64,000 nucleotides of DNA from a virus. Its lineage: Duplodnaviria > Heunggongvirae > Uroviricota > Caudoviricetes. The first letter of the stretch is position 1, and each line of letters opens with the position of its first letter. The notes beneath the pieces were generated by a model that did not search any database, was not told the DNA's origin, and worked only from the letters and a program-made list of their open reading frames with translations. Of the stretch, positions 35,493 to 47,295 are shown piece after piece. Location: IMG/VR virus record IMGVR_UViG_3300042905_002309, positions 41,278 to 105,277 of that record; one strand, written 5' to 3'. Made by a program: the position numbers and the translations under genes.

Positions 35493-37310
35493 TTATGCTA
35501 CTGGTGGTACTGCTGTTGATGCGGGGGCTTCTGCGCCACCTGCGGGTGCCTGTGCGCCCTCACCACCTGCGGGTGCGACACCTTCTGCGGGTGCGGGAGT
35601 CGCTGCCTCTGGTGCGGCTCCAAATTCTGGTGGTAATGCTGATCCACCACCCCCACCACCTGCTGGTGCTCCACCACCTTCTGCGGGTGCTCCACCACCA
35701 GCGGCTTCTGCGTCCTTCCAGTTTGGACCAGCTTCGCCAATCTTAGCTAATTCGTAAGCTAAAATAGCATCTTTACGTTTCCATTCACGGTTCTGTGCCA
35801 TTTCATCATCAGTTAAACCAAGATATTTCTTCTGTGCAAAACTGTTAGATACACCATCATTACTGCTCATGTTATTAAAGTTGTTGTATTTCAATTCGAA
35901 AATCTGATTCTGCTTCAACATCATGTACATTGTAGGTAAATTAAACTCAAGTTCAAAACTATGTTCTTTAAGTTTGAAATTCTCCCACATCTTTCTAAGC
36001 TTTAAATGGGTAATAAAACTATCTTTTAATCCTGCTGCGAATTGTTTCTGAATACGTTGTAAGAATCTGGCAAAACGCAATTCTTCTCTGGTCATTGCAT
36101 CACCATCTTTTACAACATTCTCAGGATCAAGGCGACCAATAGGAACTTTCATAGATTTATAAAGTGCTCTAAGGAAGTACATCAAGTCATCCAAACTTCC
36201 TAAGTTCATTCCACCTTCAAGAGCTTCTACTGTTGTACCTTCTGAGCCAGTTTTCTTAGGGAACCAATAAGAATCTAACATACTTTGCGGATCATACGTA
36301 TTGGTAATACGACCAGTTGAAGTATCATAAGTCTTTTTAGACCAATAATTCTGCATAAGACGCTTCATATAAGCTTCTGCTTTAGGTGGTGTAAGATTAC
36401 CAACATCAACCTTGAATACTAAGCGTTGTGGCGCACGTACAAGTCTATGAATAACAATACTATCTTCAATTAAAGACAATTGTTTATATGATTTTCTTGC
36501 ATTTTCAATATAAGGAACTTTGAAGTTGTTACCTTCACCCCATCTACCAGTATGAATATAAGTAACCTGTCTTGGTTCAAGAATAATCAACTGTTCCTTT
36601 TCTTGTTGATTTGATTTAGGATTAATAAGAGGTTTTCTTACTGCATATCCTTCGATGATATCATTCTGTTGATTTTTATAGAATGGATTAATCAATTCTG
36701 TGGGAACTGAAACTACACCTAAAATACCGAATTCTGGATGGGTATCACTGATGACGTTTTCCCAAAATAATTCACCATCAACCATGAAATTATAACCACA
36801 CTGCCAACCACGATCTTTCAACTTAAATAATTGGATATACTTATCCCACTCTTTTTGGATGGTTTCTTCAACAGCTTTACTAAAATCACCTTGAAGTTTT
36901 AAAAGTACAAAACGATTCTTTTCATCTTCGGTAAATAATTCATCACAAATTTCCTCAAGACAGTCATTAAGAACTGAATATCCTGCCATTCTTCGATAAT
37001 CTTGTAAACGTTTAATTTTATCAAGGTCGAGATTAGCATACATGAAGCGTTGATAATTTTTATCAGCTAGTAATGAACCCATTAAACCTTCTGTCTCGTC
37101 CTGTTGTTGACGAGTTATTGAAAGGTCATTAACTCTCTGATTACGGTCAATTACTAAATCTTGAAATGTTTCGTATTTTGGATTAAGTTGACTGATATTA
37201 TCTAAAATCTGTACACCGAATGGTAAACGACTCATTACCGTAGAAAGAAAGCTTCTACCTGCACTTGTTGTCTGTGTTCCACCAACCCGGTTTGATCCTG
37301 TAGCATCCAT
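35493..37310 (-). CDS. gp20: Portal protein (gp20-like)
   Basis: YRRMA, IEDSIVIHRLVRAP.R.VFKVDVGNL, YWFP, LYKSMKVP, REELRF; Ala/Gly/Pro-rich tail. Confidence 0.95.
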   Translation of the reverse strand: MDATGSNRVGGTQTTSAGRSFLSTVMSRLPFGVQILDNISQLNPKYETFQDLVIDRNQRVNDLSITRQQQDETEGLMGSLLADKNYQRFMYANLDLDKIKRLQDYRRMAGYSVLNDCLEEICDELFTEDEKNRFVLLKLQGDFSKAVEETIQKEWDKYIQLFKLKDRGWQCGYNFMVDGELFWENVISDTHPEFGILGVVSVPTELINPFYKNQQNDIIEGYAVRKPLINPKSNQQEKEQLIILEPRQVTYIHTGRWGEGNNFKVPYIENARKSYKQLSLIEDSIVIHRLVRAPQRLVFKVDVGNLTPPKAEAYMKRLMQNYWSKKTYDTSTGRITNTYDPQSMLDSYWFPKKTGSEGTTVEALEGGMNLGSLDDLMYFLRALYKSMKVPIGRLDPENVVKDGDAMTREELRFARFLQRIQKQFAAGLKDSFITHLKLRKMWENFKLKEHSFELEFNLPTMYMMLKQNQIFELKYNNFNNMSSNDGVSNSFAQKKYLGLTDDEMAQNREWKRKDAILAYELAKIGEAGPNWKDAEAAGGGAPAEGGGAPAGGGGGGSALPPEFGAAPEAATPAPAEGVAPAGGEGAQAPAGGAEAPASTAVPPVA

Positions 37311-37366
37311 AATTTAAATTCTCCTATAATCTTTCAAATATTTATAGTAAAAGTATATAAATCTAC

Positions 37367-37456
37367 TAAATAATTGAAGAAACAGTAATCAAGGAGCAAC
37401 TAACTACCTTGAAACAGACGGGTTATCAATCTGCTGTCCTGTTCCTAAAGTATTTA
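37367..37456 (+). ncRNA. Three-way-junction leader RNA, copy 2
   Basis: AACAG-TAAT-CAAGG/CCTTG-AAA-CAGA...TCTG-CTGTC-CTGTT. Confidence 0.7.
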
Positions 37457-37465
37457 GAAAGGGTT

Positions 37466-38128
37466 ATGCAAATGGAAGAGATTACTACAAAAGTTTGTTC
37501 AAAATGTAAACAAGATAAGTCTATCACAGAATTTTATATGGATAATAAAACTATTGATGGTTATAAAGTGTGGTGTAAAGACTGTTTTAAACTTTATAAA
37601 CAAAAATATTATATGGATAATAAAATTGAAATTTCAATAAAACGCAAAGAATTCAAAATAAATAATAGTATTAAAGTTAAAAATCAGCGTAAAAAATCTG
37701 ATATTAAAAATAAATTACATAAAAGGGATTATTCAAAATTATATTTTCAGCAAAATAAAACACAAATAAATCAGAAAAAACGATTAAAATATAAAACTGA
37801 TTTTAATTATCGTTTAATTGTAATTAATAGAAATCGAGTAAATGAAACAATTAAAAATAAAACATGTTCGTCTATTGATTTATTTTGTTGCACACCACAA
37901 GAAGTTAGAAATCATTTAGAGCAACAATTCAGAGATGGTATGAATTGGATAAATTATGGATCATTATGGCATATTGATCATATAATTCCATTAGATTTCT
38001 TTGATTTAAATAATTCAACCGAACAAAAGATTGCTAATCATTGGGGTAATTTACAACCGTTGTTAGTACACGAAAATATTTCAAAGGGTGATAATATACC
38101 AACACAAACTAATTTCAAATATTTATAA
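37466..38128 (+). CDS. Free-standing HNH endonuclease (paralog)
   Basis: CSKC...CKDC; HLEQQFRDGM, WHIDHIIP, NHWGNLQPL. Confidence 0.85.
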   Translation: MQMEEITTKVCSKCKQDKSITEFYMDNKTIDGYKVWCKDCFKLYKQKYYMDNKIEISIKRKEFKINNSIKVKNQRKKSDIKNKLHKRDYSKLYFQQNKTQINQKKRLKYKTDFNYRLIVINRNRVNETIKNKTCSSIDLFCCTPQEVRNHLEQQFRDGMNWINYGSLWHIDHIIPLDFFDLNNSTEQKIANHWGNLQPLLVHENISKGDNIPTQTNFKYL

Positions 38129-39229
38129 AATCTGAATGCCACTAATATAAGGCCATTGTACAGTACTATTATGTGCTATGGCATCTTCTGTCAATTTACC
38201 TACACCTGCCATACCATACCCCATAATATCAAAAAATCCTGATGTATTAATTTGTGGTAAAACAAATGTAATATTATTGTTATCTATGACAGTATATTCA
38301 GTGGATACCGCTGTAAATGCTGGATAAATAGCTGATAATCTATGTGAAGAAACATAAGGATCAAATGTCTGATAACTTGATGCTTCGAATACACCGGATG
38401 TACCACTTAAAGTAATTCCAGAAAGATAATCAAACATGTTACCATGAATTGTGATTGTTTTGCCACTGTCAAAAGGCATGACTTGGTATGGTGCAACAGA
38501 ATGTATGAATGGTCTACCTGATATTTCCAAATAATCACTCGTAATGTCAGATTCCAAACTGTGCATATAATCGTAATTATCGAATAATGCTGAAACTGCA
38601 TTGAAACTCATTGGAATATTATGAATGATACCTGAATTATTGTAGGCATTTCTGTACAACCACCCCTGTAAAGTGAATGTAGAATCTGCGACAATTCTAT
38701 AGGGTTGTGTTCCAGCAATATCGAGAGGGTAGGTTAAATTAATAGCCTTATTCCACTCTAATTTACAACGAACTTCGTGTCCTAAATCAGGATGCTTGTA
38801 TGAGATAATGATATATGGGTAAAAATAAGCAAAGATACAAGTCAAAATCTGATCGAGATCACGTTGATATCTTGTAAGGATGCTTAAATTTAAAGCGATT
38901 TCTACTGGAACTGGTTGAGGAAAATCCCCACCATTTGGTGTGTAATTTTGGGCTACTGTAAAACCTTCAATTTTATTAAAAGCTCGTTTAGCGTCATAAT
39001 TAATTGAACTCATAGTAAGTGCCATTACTGGAACTTTAATGTGTTGTGCTTTATTGACTAAATCATGAATAACACGTTGTTTTGGTGCATAAGCCAATGA
39101 CACTTGTATGCTGTCAGTATTAGTTTCTTCGTCAAGTTCATCCAAACGTCTAATCACAAGTCCATCTAAAGCAGCTAAGACTTGTGTTAATAATGTTCGT
39201 ATTTCCTTATGATATGTATATTCACGCAT
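38123..39229 (-). CDS. Tail terminator/sheath stabiliser gp15-like with C-terminal Ig/IPT-like extension
   Basis: VSLAYAPKQR, YDAKR, PVPV, QIL, FTLQGWLY. Confidence 0.75.
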   Translation of the reverse strand: MREYTYHKEIRTLLTQVLAALDGLVIRRLDELDEETNTDSIQVSLAYAPKQRVIHDLVNKAQHIKVPVMALTMSSINYDAKRAFNKIEGFTVAQNYTPNGGDFPQPVPVEIALNLSILTRYQRDLDQILTCIFAYFYPYIIISYKHPDLGHEVRCKLEWNKAINLTYPLDIAGTQPYRIVADSTFTLQGWLYRNAYNNSGIIHNIPMSFNAVSALFDNYDYMHSLESDITSDYLEISGRPFIHSVAPYQVMPFDSGKTITIHGNMFDYLSGITLSGTSGVFEASSYQTFDPYVSSHRLSAIYPAFTAVSTEYTVIDNNNITFVLPQINTSGFFDIMGYGMAGVGKLTEDAIAHNSTVQWPYISGIQIL

Positions 39230-39233
39230 GTAA

Positions 39234-39841
39234 TTATTTATGTAAACGTGGCATTTCTATTACCATTTCACTAATTTTAAATCCGTCCATGAAAGATTTT
39301 GTGGTACATTTGCATAGGTGATGAAGTCCATTTTGTGGATCAATTGATTCCCAACCTCTACCAAAACATTTATTACAACTCGATTTTGGTAGTTTTTTTA
39401 ATGGTATCTGATACTTGAAAAGTGTGGGTACATCATCTTGTTGTATTTTAAATGTATCACCTGTTACAATGCTTATTGCGTATAATTGGTTCATGTTGTT
39501 ACCTCAAATGTTAATACTTTATCATAGAATTTCGATATACAAGTCTTTTTCATGCTATTAATAAGCGTTTCCATATCTTTATTATTCTTTGTAAAAGTCT
39601 TAATACGATAATCAAATGTAATAATATTATATTTTTGGGACGCTTCAAAGGGTAAAGGAATCTTTAAGAGCTCGTTCTTAATCTTCTTCTTATTTTTGAT
39701 ATTAACGTTTAAATTAAAGAAGTTGTATCCAAAGGAGATTAAAGTGCCTTCTTTATAATTATTACCATCTAGTTTGATTATGACATGTGACAAAATAGCG
39801 GTTTTTAGTAGTTCATCGAGATAAATAGTGTATTCATTCAT
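39234..39841 (-). other. Two small hypothetical genes (39234-39494 zinc finger; 39491-39841)
   Basis: Coupled ORFs; CNKC.GRG...CKC. Confidence 0.6.
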
Positions 39842-39873
39842 ATAAGAATTTATACATCTAATTGTAATTGCAA

Positions 39874-40284
39874 CTACTTAGCCATAAATTTCAATTTATC
39901 AGCAGCACTCATCTTAGCAAAAAATCCTTCGAATAGCGTCCAGAATTTCTCTTGATCTTTTTGTGTATGTACAGGTATGGCTGTAATTACGATAACATAT
40001 TCAACTGGTATGGCACGCCAATCTTGCCATAATATATCCCAACAGAATACCACATTTTTCTCGACTGGATTATAAGCTGGTGGATTAATTGGTATCTGAT
40101 AATTAAGGGTAAATCGTCCGGGTAAACTCTGTAATAAATTTCCATCTAGTGTACATAACATTCTACGGACATGAGGATTCTGTCCACGTACACCTAATTT
40201 CTCGTTTCTACGTACAAAGGATAGCTCTACTACATGAGTCTGTAGTAAAGCTTTTAATCCATCTCTTGATAATCTTCGTGCCAT
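39874..40284 (-). CDS. SH3/WYL-like phage protein
   Basis: VVELSF.R...RRMLCT...WD...WR pattern. Confidence 0.55.
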   Translation of the reverse strand: MARRLSRDGLKALLQTHVVELSFVRRNEKLGVRGQNPHVRRMLCTLDGNLLQSLPGRFTLNYQIPINPPAYNPVEKNVVFCWDILWQDWRAIPVEYVIVITAIPVHTQKDQEKFWTLFEGFFAKMSAADKLKFMAK

Positions 40285-40299
40285 ATAACTATTTAGAGA

Positions 40300-40812
40300 T
40301 TACACCCACAATGACGTATCTAATCTACCTGCATCAACTTCATCCAAATACTTAAACATATTATCCCATGTTGGGAAAAAATGATGTTCTTTCACGAATA
40401 CACCTATCCAAGGATTGAATTTATCCAACTGTGATTTATTATATTTCAAAAGAATAGGCTTCTTTTCAAAAGAGGCAACTACCATCTCATGAATTGTTCC
40501 GACAGTTGATACTTCTGGATTATAATCAACAATTATAAAATCTGCTACATCTACTGAACGTAAATCCCAACGAACTACAGGCCAAAACTCTTCTTTAAGT
40601 GTTTTCCAATCTTCACGCATGATAATGTCTTTGAATTTCTTCTTAGCATCGCCAATCTCTTCATCTCCATTAGCCTTCTTACAAGGGTCTAATACACCTA
40701 GACCATATTGTTTCAATCTAGGTGTAATTAAATCTCTCCAAGATGTACCATCATCAGATACATCTTTGATTGGTCCTGCTAAGTACACAACTCTATCTTG
40801 TAAGTAGTTCAT
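40300..40812 (-). CDS. Nucleoside 2-deoxyribosyltransferase-like protein
   Basis: VYLAGPI, DL..VD.AD, GTIHE. Confidence 0.8.
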   Translation of the reverse strand: MNYLQDRVVYLAGPIKDVSDDGTSWRDLITPRLKQYGLGVLDPCKKANGDEEIGDAKKKFKDIIMREDWKTLKEEFWPVVRWDLRSVDVADFIIVDYNPEVSTVGTIHEMVVASFEKKPILLKYNKSQLDKFNPWIGVFVKEHHFFPTWDNMFKYLDEVDAGRLDTSLWV

Positions 40813-41201
40813 GCCTTTTCTTTCAAGATTGCAAAGATTCTTGATTCATTTAAGAAGATAACTTTCTTCTTACCAAATGCTACCATTCCAATACCTTTAT
40901 CATTGGGGTAGAGAATTAATGTACCAACTTGGATACTCTTTGAAACTTGTGGACCAACGTTTAACACCTTACCGACACGCCATGCTTTTGTTCCAGCGGC
41001 TTCGGAAATAATAATACCACCACGAGTAACTAAACCATCACCGACTTCATCTACATTTTCAAGACAGATGATGTCACCAAGTACACCATCGATTTCATAA
41101 TCCATTGGAGTACCACCATAACCCTTACACGCTTCTAAATCAAGTGGTGCATAACCACCGACTCTATCTTCAACTGCTTCTCTGTATTCTTTTTCGCTCA
41201 T
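40809..41201 (-). CDS. GroES-like co-chaperonin
   Basis: TRGGIII, GKVLNVGP, IQVG, E.RIFA. Confidence 0.8.
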   Translation of the reverse strand: MSEKEYREAVEDRVGGYAPLDLEACKGYGGTPMDYEIDGVLGDIICLENVDEVGDGLVTRGGIIISEAAGTKAWRVGKVLNVGPQVSKSIQVGTLILYPNDKGIGMVAFGKKKVIFLNESRIFAILKEKA

Positions 41202-41212
41202 ATTGTTATTCC

Positions 41213-41678
41213 TTAATCTAAAAAGTTAACTATCAAATTTTTCTTGGTTAAATCCTCTTGATTTTTAGAAGCTCTGGCTTCTGCAATTTTGATAGCGGAT
41301 TCGGTAAATAATAAACATCGTTCATTTTTACCGTTTGCATCTTCAACCCAAATTGCTATATATGTTTCGTTGGCGTTTGTGAATTTTGGTTTCTCTGTAT
41401 TCCAAACTTTAATCAATCTTCCATTCTTTATGGTATTCTTATCTATTTTATTGCTCATATTGTTATTCCTTTGTGTCTATACTATCATTATTAAATGCAT
41501 TGTCAACACTCTTTCGATAATGATTACATAATTTACATGTTTTGGAGCCTTGTTCGTAGATATGTTTACCATACTGCCCATTTGATTGTCGGTTTTTCTT
41601 ACAAAAGACATTTTTATTGATCTTTTTCTTAAACGACTTCTTATCGTCGCTATTAACCCATTTATCCCAACTAGGCAT
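41213..41678 (-). other. Two small hypothetical genes
   Basis: ORFs 41213-41458 and 41463-41678. Confidence 0.6.
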
Positions 41679-41679
41679 G

Positions 41680-42075
41680 TTATGTTTCTCCCTGATTCAT
41701 CGACTCAATTTGTTTCATTCTATTTTCAGCTTCTTTCTTAGATATTTCGTATCGTCTTGCTAACTCTGCAATCATCTTATCTCTATCCTCATTAACAACT
41801 TTCTTATCTCGTTTCAAATAACGAATCTTCTTATATGATTTACTCTTATCAACCAATGTTAAGTAGAGTTTGTACCACATTTCCTTATCATCCGAAAGTC
41901 CTTTACAAAGTTTATTAGTGGTTTCGGATACAAGTAAAGCATTTTGAGTTGAATTCATGCTAACCCAACGTTGTAACATATAAGGACTTTGTAAAGCGTC
42001 ATTGAACTCATTATTATTTATAAGTTCTCCGGTTTTATTTCGGAAGATATCATCAAGTATGTTGAAAATAGTCAT
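41680..42075 (-). CDS. Clamp loader small subunit (gp62-like)
   Basis: PYMLQRWVSM, YEISKKEA. Confidence 0.6.
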   Translation of the reverse strand: MTIFNILDDIFRNKTGELINNNEFNDALQSPYMLQRWVSMNSTQNALLVSETTNKLCKGLSDDKEMWYKLYLTLVDKSKSYKKIRYLKRDKKVVNEDRDKMIAELARRYEISKKEAENRMKQIESMNQGET

Positions 42076-42076
42076 A

Positions 42077-42637
42077 TTACATCTTTGTTGTATTTATAAA
42101 GAGGTTATTCACTAGGTTGTAAAACATCCCATTTACCTCATCCATAAACTTATAGCATAATTCCTGTTCTAAATGCAAGGAAAAAGCTCTTGGAATTGCA
42201 GATTCTCCTGCATCATTATATAATCCAAGATAAATTAGGATGGTTCCGTTAAGATTCTTGATATAATTCATTGATACGACACCATCTAATTGATTGATGC
42301 CACCATGTGAATGTTCCTTTTTCACAATGATATCCGTGTTCATAATTTCCATTGGTGAATCTGTATACACCTTCTTGGAAAGTATGTTACCTACATTGGT
42401 GATAAATAGTTGTTGAATTGCCACACCAGCGTAATTAGTTGATTCGGGTATCTCTAAACAGAAGTTTAATGATTGGGTACTTTCACAAACCTTTTCATTT
42501 ATAATCATTTTAACAGGTGAAATAAATGATACTATATTACCAATTCGTAAAGTATGTCTATCAGAGTGATATTTATTAGCGAACTTCTTATTGAAAAAGT
42601 CGTTATCTAACAACTTAGGACTATTTGGTATAATCAT
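42077..42637 (-). CDS. Hypothetical protein
   Basis: 186-aa ORF coupled to neighbours. Confidence 0.65.
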   Translation of the reverse strand: MIIPNSPKLLDNDFFNKKFANKYHSDRHTLRIGNIVSFISPVKMIINEKVCESTQSLNFCLEIPESTNYAGVAIQQLFITNVGNILSKKVYTDSPMEIMNTDIIVKKEHSHGGINQLDGVVSMNYIKNLNGTILIYLGLYNDAGESAIPRAFSLHLEQELCYKFMDEVNGMFYNLVNNLFINTTKM

Positions 42638-43152
42638 GTTTGCTCCAAAATACGTATAATTACCCCTGCTCGATCAAAAATGTGTAAGGTATGATCCCAA
42701 TTGTATTCTTTTGTTGACTCTTTAATAGCGGTTTTCATCACTACTTCAAAGATATCACTTTGTGCAATCATTCTAGCGCATGTGGAGCATGGGTAATAAC
42801 CCTTTTCTGAAAATAGGTATAAAGTTGAACCTGTTAAATCTTGTTTGGCATTTACAATAGCATTTTCTTCACTATGTACGGCATATGGGTATTTATTTTC
42901 TTTAGACCAATAATCGAATACTAATCCTTCTTTAGGCATTAAACTTGGAAGCATTTTATCTGTATTATAAATAACATGAAATCCATCATCATCAAATCCT
43001 TTTGGTAATCCATTGTATCCGATGGAAAGTACTTTATTATCCCTTACAATACAGCTACCATGCCTTGTAGAGGGGTCTTTGGAACGTTTTGATGCCAACT
43101 CCGCTATGCCCATAAACAATTCGTCCCAACTAATGTAATCATTTCTCTTCAT
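42634..43152 (-). CDS. dCMP deaminase
   Basis: SKDPST, GYNG, HSEENA, PCSTC. Confidence 0.92.
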   Translation of the reverse strand: MKRNDYISWDELFMGIAELASKRSKDPSTRHGSCIVRDNKVLSIGYNGLPKGFDDDGFHVIYNTDKMLPSLMPKEGLVFDYWSKENKYPYAVHSEENAIVNAKQDLTGSTLYLFSEKGYYPCSTCARMIAQSDIFEVVMKTAIKESTKEYNWDHTLHIFDRAGVIIRILEQT

Positions 43153-43232
43153 GTTTAATAATTTAACATATTTTGCTTGAATTGCAAGTCTAAATGATAA
43201 ATACTTATAAAGATTTACACAGGAGTACACTT

Positions 43233-43670
43233 ATGGCAACAAAATTTGAAAAATACTTTAGCAAAACATTGATTAACGAAGCTGTTCCCGCACCTATGAA
43301 TGATGCGGCTGCGCTTGATGCTTCCATTGAAAACCCTGCTGATAGAGCAAAATTAGGACAAGAAGTGTCTAATGTGGCTGTTGGTGCTGATAATGTCAAC
43401 TCAAACGTTGAAGAACTCCGTGGTATTGCTGATGGTTATGCACAAGAATTGAATTCCATCTTGGAACGTGTTGTTGCCATCCATAATGATATTACTACTG
43501 GTTCATTAGCTCAACTTGGTATCAAAGTAGGTTCAAATATCCTTACAGGTATTCGTGCAGACTTGAGCAAATTAGCACAGGTTATTGGTGGTGGCGCAAA
43601 TGACGCTATTATTAAACAAGAATCTGATAGAGCTAAAGAAGCTACAAAAACTGCTCCTACTAAAGTATAA
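43233..43670 (+). CDS. Hypothetical protein, likely head-internal
   Basis: AGGAG RBS; KFEKYF...LINEA N-terminus. Confidence 0.7.
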   Translation: MATKFEKYFSKTLINEAVPAPMNDAAALDASIENPADRAKLGQEVSNVAVGADNVNSNVEELRGIADGYAQELNSILERVVAIHNDITTGSLAQLGIKVGSNILTGIRADLSKLAQVIGGGANDAIIKQESDRAKEATKTAPTKV

Positions 43671-43708
43671 CGATTGACTTCAATATAAAATATGTTATCC
43701 TACTAGGG

Positions 43709-44716
43709 ATGAAACAATTGCCTTTCAATTTAGTAGAGAAATATTTTAATATTTACGCAGGACAACCTAAGAAACTCGCAAAGGGTGATTTAAATGGTGG
43801 TTGTTGGCATTGCAGAGAAGGTAAATCTTGGGGTAAAAAACAAAGACTTTGGTTCTTACCTGATAAGGATTTAATTTACTGCTTCAATTGTAACATGTCA
43901 TGGAATCCTCTAAACTGGATTAAACAAGTCTCAGGATTGAATTACAAAGAAATCCTTGAAGAAGCAAATGGCTTTGATCACTTTTATTCAGAGGATGCCG
44001 AAGAAGTGTTCACACCCGCTAAAAAAATGTCTACATTACCACTAGACTCAATTAATTTATCTGATCCAGTTCAAGTTAAGTATTACAGTGATAGTTATGT
44101 AGTTCAAGAAGCATTAAAAATCATTCATGAACGTAAACTAGATACTTGTGCAAATACTGCTGAATTGTACATCAGTTTGAAGGATTATGTTCATAAAAAT
44201 CGTATATGTATACCCTTTAAAGATAGTGATAATAAAATACGATTTTATCAAACACGAGCAATCTTTCAAAATGACGCAAATCGTGCAAAATATCTTTCCA
44301 AAGCTAATGCAGACAAGACTATTTTCGGGTTGAATAAAATCGATCCAGAATTTGAGTACTTATTAATCACAGAAGGTCCGATTGATAGTATGTTTATTGG
44401 TAAGAATGGTGTATCTATGGCAGGATTAACTATTACCGATCATCAGAAGTCTTTATTAAGTAAGTATATAACTTTTCAGAGGATTTGGATATTGGATAAT
44501 CAACTTGATAATGAAGATGTAGTTGAAAAGTACCAGAATCTTATTAAACAAAAAGAACGTGTTTTTATCTGGCCGAAAACTTATAAAGCCTTCAAAGATA
44601 TTAATGAATTATGTTGCAAGGTAAATCTCAACTCAATTAAACCTGAATTCTTTATTGATAATTCGTATACAGATTTAAATGCGACATTACGATTGAATGA
44701 ATCTATTAACCGTTAA
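43709..44716 (+). CDS. gp61: DNA primase (gp61-like)
   Basis: CxxC...CFNC zinc finger, TEGPIDSMF TOPRIM, KDINE; TTGACT-16-TATCCT promoter upstream. Confidence 0.92.
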   Translation: MKQLPFNLVEKYFNIYAGQPKKLAKGDLNGGCWHCREGKSWGKKQRLWFLPDKDLIYCFNCNMSWNPLNWIKQVSGLNYKEILEEANGFDHFYSEDAEEVFTPAKKMSTLPLDSINLSDPVQVKYYSDSYVVQEALKIIHERKLDTCANTAELYISLKDYVHKNRICIPFKDSDNKIRFYQTRAIFQNDANRAKYLSKANADKTIFGLNKIDPEFEYLLITEGPIDSMFIGKNGVSMAGLTITDHQKSLLSKYITFQRIWILDNQLDNEDVVEKYQNLIKQKERVFIWPKTYKAFKDINELCCKVNLNSIKPEFFIDNSYTDLNATLRLNESINR

Positions 44717-46617
44717 GATATCGGTAATAATCATCGAAAGGTAAATATAATGATGCATTTATTGGACTATCACTCTTCTTAATAAATTGTCCACTTTTTC
44801 TTGGTTGCAATTTAGATCGTCTTATTTTTTGAACTCTTGGTGAACTAGTAATTTGTTCTATTTCCGCACTTCTATCAGGTTTTGGTGGTGGTTGCGTCTG
44901 AGCTAATCTTAATGAAGATTTTCCAACAGGTGGAGCTACAACTTTAGGTGTTTGTTCTACTGCTGGTGCAGGTTTCGATGCAGGTGTAGAAACAACTGGT
45001 GCAGGTGCAGGTACATTTAAATCAGGTGTCTCTTCGTCCGATCCAACTCCTTTATCATGAGTTGATTCACCTTCTATCTCATTAAATATATCTACAAACT
45101 CTTTTCCATCCTTAGCAAAATCTGCTGGTCCAATTGGTGGAATTTCAACAGGATTTGATTTATTTTGTATTTTATCTTCTGTATTCATTTTACACCTTAC
45201 AATGTCATATTCGGACCTTTTGTATAGGTCTTAATATCACCACCAATAGCTTGTTTAGTTTTATTCCACATTCTACTAAGCGTATCACCTTTTTCTTCTT
45301 GTTTATCATATTCTAAAGCTTTTGCTCTAGTAATATAAATGATTTTAGGTAATTTCGAATTTGCTTGTTCTTGTCGTTTAATATAATCCATCATTGATAA
45401 TTGGGCAGTTCTCATATTAATAATAGGTTCACCTAACTTAGTTTTAATACTATATTTTGCTCTTGATCTAATTTCCATATCAACAAAGTCACTTATTTTT
45501 GCATAATTTTGATTTTGTTGATGTATAACACCAGCAAAAGTTTTATATATTAATAATGGTAACGTTGTATATCCTGCATTAAAGGTTGTTGTATCAGTTA
45601 TAGCTGGATTACCTTTTATTGTGCCATCTTCGTCAAATGGTTCACTTATTGCTGCTAATTGACTTTCTAATAATTCTAATAAACGTGTGAGTATAGTCTT
45701 ACGTTTAGTATAAGTCGCTATGTTAGCTCTATGACGTTTAGAATTTGCTGTATTTAGATTAATGATAGCACGTTCTAGGTGATCTTGTACATACTCAATC
45801 TTTTTCTGTAAATAACCTGTCTCATTATTAAATGCATTTTCACGATTTTTAAGTTTATATCCCTTACCTAATGCATCTAAACTTTCACTTCCACCTACCA
45901 AATAAAATACACTACTAGCGTTATACTTTTCCGCCTTTTTAAATCCTATCCAATCATTACCTCTACCCTTTTTACTCCAATAAGCTTCAAGACTACCCAA
46001 AAGATCAAGAGGATTAGATACAGCAGGAGTACCATCAGCTTCTAATAAAACTGATGGCTCTATGCATTTCTTGGTCTTTTCGATGCTTTGGTTGAACTTA
46101 TCCATTAATCACCATAATCATAGTTTTCAGGATCAGCAAATGGGTCTTCTTCAATTTCAGGATTTACACCAAGGGCTTTGGCTTCTTCTGATGACATACT
46201 TCCAAGTTGTCTACCTTCACCAGCACCACCCTCTTCATCTCTATGACCCTTCATTCCAGATGGAGTCTCTTCTTTTGCAAGATTCTTCTCGTACTGATGC
46301 TGATCATAAAACTTCTCAACTTCATCAAAAGCTGCTGATGGTGAAATTTGACCGTTCTTAACCTGTCCAACAAGTCCCATACCAATCAAAAGCTTAGAAT
46401 AATTCTTGCGTTCATCATGTGATAAATCCACTGATTGCAATGCAAGTACTTCGTGTGCGTCAAACATGTCTTTAGGTCTGTACTTTCTTGACAAGATTGT
46501 AGCAACATCTACATCTGCACCTTCTGCTTCATCTGCAATATCTCCACCTTCAACAGGGGTTGGTTCTGCTGTTAAAGCCTCATTTACCATAATTTTATAC
46601 AATTGATCAAATTTCAT
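44706..46617 (-). other. Three hypothetical genes (44706-45188 Pro-rich; 45197-46105; 46105-46617 acidic)
   Basis: Coupled ORFs. Confidence 0.7.
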
Positions 46618-46640
46618 GTGTTATTCTCCATTTTAATTAT

Positions 46641-47252
46641 TTATTGAATTGCTTCACTAATAAGCGAATCTTTCTCAGAATAAGCTTCACCATCAGGAGT
46701 TAAATATAATTTAATTTGCTCTATCTTCTCTGGAATACTACCAAAAATCTCAATCATAGGACAAGAACCACCGACTTCATTGAACGGAAATATCCAACTT
46801 CGTCCCTTTGTATACGATTCTAAGATAACACTGTAGAAATTATCACATTCTACATCCTTTTGTTCAACTTTAGCATCATTCTCACCTTTTGCCATGAGTG
46901 GAAAATATAATAATACATCATAAAATGACATACACTGCTTTGTCAACATAATAGCTCTTTGGATCGTAATATCATCAAATCCTGCTTCATCTTTCGAAGC
47001 TTTCCAGAAAATATCCACCAAACTATCCAAAGATGTATTTAAATGCACTACATTCTTTGTTTTATTATACTCCATTGCTTTATCAATTCTGGCATTTAAA
47101 ACTTTTAGTTGATCTTTTACTACATCGTCAGGATCACCGAAAGTTAATACAGAACTACCGAAATCGATTTTATAACTAGGCCAAACTTTCTTGAATGCAT
47201 CAATAAATTCTGCCTGATCTGATTGTTTTACTCCACAAAATCCTATTCTCAT
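46641..47252 (-). CDS. Degenerate P-loop NMP-kinase/AAA_28-like protein
   Basis: MRIGFCG start and overall layout resemble the family, but the Walker A GKT is missing. Confidence 0.5.
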   Translation of the reverse strand: MRIGFCGVKQSDQAEFIDAFKKVWPSYKIDFGSSVLTFGDPDDVVKDQLKVLNARIDKAMEYNKTKNVVHLNTSLDSLVDIFWKASKDEAGFDDITIQRAIMLTKQCMSFYDVLLYFPLMAKGENDAKVEQKDVECDNFYSVILESYTKGRSWIFPFNEVGGSCPMIEIFGSIPEKIEQIKLYLTPDGEAYSEKDSLISEAIQ

Positions 47253-47295
47253 AATTTGTTTCCTTTACAAGAATTTATCATACTTTGTGGATTAA

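Noticed and set aside
35493-35720. GC-rich repetitive patch as a mobile or foreign element
   Set aside because: It encodes the Ala/Gly/Pro-rich portal C-terminal tail in frame.
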